This document shows, one piece after another, positions 59,569 to 64,000 of a DNA stretch of 64,000 nt; the first letter of the stretch is position 1; every line of letters starts with the position of its first letter. A model generated the notes under the pieces. It was given only the letters and a program-made list of their open reading frames with translations. It was not told the DNA's origin and made no database searches. Source of the stretch: an uncultured Flavobacteriales bacterium (GTDB lineage Bacteria; Bacteroidota; Bacteroidia; Palsa-965); contig CALJIF010000041.1 of assembly GCA_937974275.1 (NCBI GenBank), forward strand, positions 36,498 to 100,497. Reading direction: 5' to 3'. The translations under genes were made by a program, and so were the position numbers.

Positions 59569-62500
59569 TTAGTCGAGTGATACATTCAACGCCAATCCAC
59601 GCAATTCGTGCATCAATACGTTAAATGATTCAGGAATACCCGGAGTCGGTAAATTATCTCCTTTAACAATCGACTCGTAAGCCTTAGCACGGCCTACAAC
59701 GTCATCCGACTTAATGGTAAGGATTTCCTGCAAGATATTAGCTGCACCGAATGCTTCCAGCGCCCATACTTCCATCTCACCGAAACGCTGACCACCAAAC
59801 TGAGCTTTACCGCCTAATGGCTGCTGCGTAATCAATGAATATGGTCCGATAGAACGTGCGTGCATCTTGTCATCAACCATGTGACCCAGTTTCAACATAT
59901 AGATAATACCTACAGTTGCCGGCTGGTCAAAGCGCTCTCCCGTTCCGCCGTCAGTTAAGAATGTACGACCATAACGTGGCAATCCTGCATCGTCAGTATA
60001 CTGATTGATTTCATCAATCGTAGCACCATCGAATATAGGAGTCGAGAACTTCAATCCAAGCTTCTCACCTGCCCAGCCTAATACGGTTTCATAAATCTGA
60101 CCAAGGTTCATACGGGAAGGTACGCCCAGTGGGTTCAATACAATATCAACAGGTGTTCCGTCTTCCAGGAACGGCATGTCTTCTGCACGAACAATACGAG
60201 CAACAATACCTTTGTTACCGTGGCGCCCGGCCATCTTATCACCTACTTTCAGCTTACGCTTCTTAGCGATGTAAACTTTAGCCAACTGAACGATACCTGC
60301 AGGTAATTCGTCACCAACTTGCAATGCAAACTTTTTGCGCTTGTATGCCCCACCCAAATCGTTGAATTTAATCACGAAGTTGTGGATCACCATACGCACC
60401 ATCTGGTTCGTCTCGTCATCGCTTGTCCAGCGTACAGGATTCACATTGACATAGTCAATCTTCTCCAACATCTTACGAGAGAACTTAGTTCCTTTCGCAA
60501 CTACTTCCTCGTTCAAGTTATTGGTAACACCTGCAGATGTTTTACCGGAAAGAATTTGATCCAGCTTATCCATCAAGATATTCAACAATGCTGCTTCTTC
60601 CTGAGCCTGCTCCTTGTCGATTTTCTCAACAACTAACTTCTCTTCAGCCTTTGCCTTCTTATCTTTCATTGCACGCGAGAACAACTTCTTGTCGATAATT
60701 ACACCACGAATAGATGGCGGAACTTTCAATGAAGCATCTTTCACATCACCGGCTTTGTCACCGAAGATCGCACGAAGAAGCTTTTCTTCCGGAGAAGGAT
60801 CGGTTTCACCTTTTGGTGTAATCTTACCAATAAGGATATCTCCTTCCTTAACCTCTGCACCAATACGAATCAAACCACTTTCATCCAAATCTTTCGTTGC
60901 TTCTTCAGAAACGTTTGGAATGTCCGCTGTCAATTCTTCCAATCCACGCTTGGTATCACGAACTTCCATCACATACTCATCGATGTGAATTGAAGTGAAG
61001 ATATCATCGCGAACTACTTTCTCATTAATTACGATCGCATCCTCGAAGTTGTAACCCTTCCATGGCATGAACGCCACTTTCAAGTTACGTCCCAGCGCCA
61101 ACTCGCCGTCGCGTGTAGAATAACCTTCACACATGATCTGACCGGCCTTCACCTTGTCGCCTTTTTTAACGATAGGACGCAAGTTGATGCAAGTACTTTG
61201 GTTGGTCTTGCGGAATTTGGTCAAACGATACGATTTTGCGTCATCTTCGAAGCTCACCAAACGATCTTTGTCGGTACGGTTGTAACGAACAATGATTTCG
61301 TTCGCGTCAACATACTCTACAACACCGTCACCTTCTGCCTGAAGCAGAACTCGTGAGTCACGTGCAATACGACCTTCGAGACCTGTGCCCACAATAGGAG
61401 CTTCAGGACGCAACAGCGGTACCGCCTGACGTTGCATGTTCGATCCCATCAACGCACGGTTCGCGTCATCATGTTCCAAGAAAGGAATTAATGAAGCCGC
61501 AATAGATGCGATCTGGTTTGGAGCAACGTCCATCAATGCAATCTGCTCGGGATCTACAACCGGATAATCAGACTCGTAACGAGCCTTGATACGAGGATGC
61601 TTGAAATTACCTTTCTCATCCAACTCTGCGTTGGCCTGAGCGATAATCTTGCGATCTTCTTCTTCCGCAGTTAAATAGATCACCGGCTTATTCAAATCAA
61701 CCTTACCGTTGGTAACCGTTTTGTAAGGTGTTTCGATAAATCCAAGTTTGTTGATCTTAGCGTATACACACAAAGAAGAAATCAAACCGATGTTTGGACC
61801 TTCCGGTGTTTCGATTGTACACAAACGACCATAGTGCGTATAGTGTACGTCACGAACTTCGAAACCTGCGCGTTCACGTGATAAACCTCCCGGCCCAAGA
61901 GCGGAAAGACGACGCTTGTGCGTAATCTCTGCCAACGGGTTGGTCTGATCCATAAACTGTGATAACTGGTTGGTTCCGAAGAATGAATTGATCACAGAAG
62001 ACAATGTCTTCGCGTTAATCAAATCAGTAGGCGTAAATACTTCGTTGTCACGAACGTTCATGCGCTCGCGGATAGTACGCGCCATACGCGCCAAACCAAC
62101 TCCGAATTGAGCATACAATTGTTCACCAACGGTACGTACACGACGATTTGACAAGTGATCGATATCATCAATATCCGCTTTCGAGTTAATCAACTCGATC
62201 AAATACTTGATGATGGCCACGATGTCATCTTTCGTCAATACGCGTGTTTCGTACGACGTGTTGCGCTCTAGTTTTTTATTCAGGCGATAACGACCAACTT
62301 CACCCAAATCGTAACGCTTATCAGAGAAGAACAACTTGTCGATAATTCCACGAGCAGTTTCTTCATCCGGCGGTTCTGCATTACGCAACTGACGGTAAAT
62401 ATGTTCTACAGCTTCTTTCTCAGAGTTAGAAGTATCTTTCTGTAGCGTATTGTAAATGATAGAATAATCCAGGTGCGCTGCATCTTCTTTATGCAGGATG

Positions 62501-63378
62501 ATGGATTTCACATTGGCATCAACGATCAAGTCGATGTGAGCGTTCTCAAGAACAGTTTCACGATCGATGATTACTTCGTTACGCTCAATGGACACCACTT
62601 CACCGGTATCTTCATCAACGAAATCTTCAATCCAGGTTTTCAATACACGTGCTGCCAACTTACGGCCAATAACGGCTTTCAGCGCTGCCTTGCTAACTTT
62701 CACTTCGTCTGCAAGTCCGAAAAGTTCCAAAATTTGTTTGTCACTTTCCCAACCGATTGCACGCAATAACGTAGTTACAGGCAACTTTTTCTTACGATCG
62801 ATGTAAGCATACATCACGTTGTTGATGTCTGTAGCAAATTCGATCCATGATCCTTTGAATGGGATCACACGTGCAGAATACAATTTCGTGCCGTTAGCGT
62901 GTCGGCTTTGACCGAAGAACACACCCGGAGAACGGTGCAATTGAGAAACAATTACACGCTCAGCGCCGTTGATCACGAAAGTAGCGCGAGGAGTCATGTA
63001 CGGGATAGTTCCCAAATACACATCCTGCACGATTGTTTCGAAATCTTCGTGTTCAGGGTCGGTACAATAAAGTTTCAATTTTGCCTTCAGCGGAACGCTG
63101 TAGGTAAGACCGCGCTCAATACACTCATCTATAGAGTAACGTGGCGGATCAATGAAATAATCCAGAAACTCAAGAACGAAGTTGTTTCTGGCATCAGAGA
63201 TAGGGAAGTTTTCTGCGAAAACTTTATACAACCCTTCATCCTGACGGTTTTCGCTGGTAGTCTCCAGCTGAAAGAAATCCTGAAATGATTTTAACTGTAC
63301 ATCCAGGAAATCGGGATATTCGATTTGTGCTTTGCTCTTTGCAAAGTTAATGCGTTGCTGTTTTTTGGTCGTTTCCAA
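59569..63378 (-). CDS. rpoB: DNA-directed RNA polymerase subunit beta
   Basis: 1269 aa. Rifampicin-cluster region ...[30 protein letters not shown].... C-terminal [19 protein letters not shown]. Confidence 0.97.
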   Translation of the reverse strand: METTKKQQRINFAKSKAQIEYPDFLDVQLKSFQDFFQLETTSENRQDEGLYKVFAENFPISDARNNFVLEFLDYFIDPPRYSIDECIERGLTYSVPLKAKLKLYCTDPEHEDFETIVQDVYLGTIPYMTPRATFVINGAERVIVSQLHRSPGVFFGQSRHANGTKLYSARVIPFKGSWIEFATDINNVMYAYIDRKKKLPVTTLLRAIGWESDKQILELFGLADEVKVSKAALKAVIGRKLAARVLKTWIEDFVDEDTGEVVSIERNEVIIDRETVLENAHIDLIVDANVKSIILHKEDAAHLDYSIIYNTLQKDTSNSEKEAVEHIYRQLRNAEPPDEETARGIIDKLFFSDKRYDLGEVGRYRLNKKLERNTSYETRVLTKDDIVAIIKYLIELINSKADIDDIDHLSNRRVRTVGEQLYAQFGVGLARMARTIRERMNVRDNEVFTPTDLINAKTLSSVINSFFGTNQLSQFMDQTNPLAEITHKRRLSALGPGGLSRERAGFEVRDVHYTHYGRLCTIETPEGPNIGLISSLCVYAKINKLGFIETPYKTVTNGKVDLNKPVIYLTAEEEDRKIIAQANAELDEKGNFKHPRIKARYESDYPVVDPEQIALMDVAPNQIASIAASLIPFLEHDDANRALMGSNMQRQAVPLLRPEAPIVGTGLEGRIARDSRVLLQAEGDGVVEYVDANEIIVRYNRTDKDRLVSFEDDAKSYRLTKFRKTNQSTCINLRPIVKKGDKVKAGQIMCEGYSTRDGELALGRNLKVAFMPWKGYNFEDAIVINEKVVRDDIFTSIHIDEYVMEVRDTKRGLEELTADIPNVSEEATKDLDESGLIRIGAEVKEGDILIGKITPKGETDPSPEEKLLRAIFGDKAGDVKDASLKVPPSIRGVIIDKKLFSRAMKDKKAKAEEKLVVEKIDKEQAQEEAALLNILMDKLDQILSGKTSAGVTNNLNEEVVAKGTKFSRKMLEKIDYVNVNPVRWTSDDETNQMVRMVIHNFVIKFNDLGGAYKRKKFALQVGDELPAGIVQLAKVYIAKKRKLKVGDKMAGRHGNKGIVARIVRAEDMPFLEDGTPVDIVLNPLGVPSRMNLGQIYETVLGWAGEKLGLKFSTPIFDGATIDEINQYTDDAGLPRYGRTFLTDGGTGERFDQPATVGIIYMLKLGHMVDDKMHARSIGPYSLITQQPLGGKAQFGGQRFGEMEVWALEAFGAANILQEILTIKSDDVVGRAKAYESIVKGDNLPTPGIPESFNVLMHELRGLALNVSLD

Positions 63379-63440
63379 GGTCGTTGAAAATTAATTGTGA
63401 AACAAAAGCTCAGATGTAGCAACAAACAGGTTAAGACCTG

Positions 63441-63465
63441 AGCCCTTATTGATTCGATAAGGGCT
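63441..63465 (-). promoter_or_regulatory. Intergenic rplL-rpoB hairpin (candidate attenuator/partial terminator)
   Basis: agcccttat-tgattcg-ataagggct, a 9-bp stem with no clear U-run. The position matches the known L7/L12-rpoB attenuator in other bacteria. Confidence 0.35.
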
Positions 63466-63498
63466 TCAAGTCTATAGCCTTAAGCAGTAAGTAGAGGA

Positions 63499-63873
63499 TT
63501 ACTTAACCTCAACTTCAGCGCCTGCTTCAGTAAGTTGCTTTTTCAAAGCTTCTGCATCTTCTTTGCTGATGCCTTCCTTAACTGGTTTTGGAGCGCCGTC
63601 AACTAAATCTTTAGCTTCTTTCAAGCCAAGACCTGTAACATCTTTCACAACCTTAACAACCTGAAGCTTGTTAGCTCCACCGTTTTTCAAGATTACATCA
63701 AAAGATGTCTTTTCTTCTGCGCCACCACCTGCACCGCCTGTAGGTGCAGCTACTGCTACTGCTGCTGCAGCAGGCTCGATGCCGTATTCATCTTTAAGGA
63801 TTTTAGCCAACTCATTAACTTCTTTAACAGTAAGATTTACGAGTTGATCAGCAAGGGCTTTAACGTCTGCCAT
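63499..63873 (-). CDS. rplL: 50S ribosomal protein L7/L12
   Basis: 124 aa. [19 protein letters not shown]...[10 protein letters not shown] hinge...[24 protein letters not shown]. Confidence 0.95.
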   Translation of the reverse strand: MADVKALADQLVNLTVKEVNELAKILKDEYGIEPAAAAVAVAAPTGGAGGGAEEKTSFDVILKNGGANKLQVVKVVKDVTGLGLKEAKDLVDGAPKPVKEGISKEDAEALKKQLTEAGAEVEVK

Positions 63874-63950
63874 TGTATGTTGATTTTTGGTGATTAGACT
63901 TAATTGAATTGTTTTCTTATTGTACTATTTTCCTTTGAGGAACGCCTAAA

Positions 63951-64000
63951 TTATTCAGGACGCTCTGAGAGTGTTTTAACCACACCGGCGATAGTTGACC
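63951..64000 (-). CDS. rplJ: 3' end of 50S ribosomal protein L10 gene (partial; continues beyond the window)
   Basis: The reverse-strand frame ends ...STIAGVVKTLSERPE* with stop at 63951-63953, in the expected position upstream of rplL. Only 16 codons are visible. Confidence 0.4.
   Translation of the reverse strand, partial: STIAGVVKTLSERPE

Noticed and set aside
55396-63288. Many 60-150-aa ORFs on the plus strand inside rpoB and rpoC (for example 56911-57375, 60614-60988, 62899-63288)
   Set aside because: They lie entirely antisense to the highly conserved rpoB/rpoC reading frames and have no start context or recognisable motifs. They are spurious products of long stop-poor antisense frames.

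Overview
This 64 kb window looks like chromosomal DNA from a member of Bacteroidota (Chitinophagia/Sphingobacteriia-like gene content, with many cargo proteins carrying a type IX secretion C-terminal domain). It is gene-dense on both strands. The right end holds the conserved rplJ(partial)-rplL-rpoB-rpoC block on the minus strand, followed by a DUF3467-like gene. Other housekeeping genes are valS, a fused B12-dependent isobutyryl-CoA mutase (IcmF-type, B12 domain + MeaB GTPase + mutase), cystathionine beta-synthase, a class I aminotransferase, a LolC/E-like permease, a PlsC-family acyltransferase, NUDIX CoA pyrophosphatase, a deoxyhypusine-synthase-like gene and a cold-shock protein. Interleaved with these are accessory or unusual loci, described as separate findings below. 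(1) A lamin-tail-domain protein, a TonB-dependent receptor and a secreted Endonuclease-I-family nuclease, which may form an extracellular-DNA scavenging module. (2) Two M23-LysM peptidases flanking a WG-repeat protein. (3) An ECF sigma factor and a Cys-rich small membrane protein, followed by a long heptanucleotide microsatellite. (4) An orphan RnfD/NqrB-like membrane protein paired with a C-terminally anchored exported protein. (5) A decayed IS200/RAYT-like HuH transposase domain in frame with a secreted protein, next to two different perfect palindromes. (6) Four tandem DUF1573 paralogues carrying in-frame microrepeats. (7) A collagen-like protein next to a small T9SS cargo protein. (8) A secreted PHM/DBH-like copper monooxygenase with an N-terminal CxxCH motif and a T9SS C-terminal domain. 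(9) A patatin/Omp85 (type Vd-like) phospholipase. No CRISPR array, rRNA or tRNA was recognised. All calls rest on reading the six-frame ORF track and the sequence by eye; no database search could be run.
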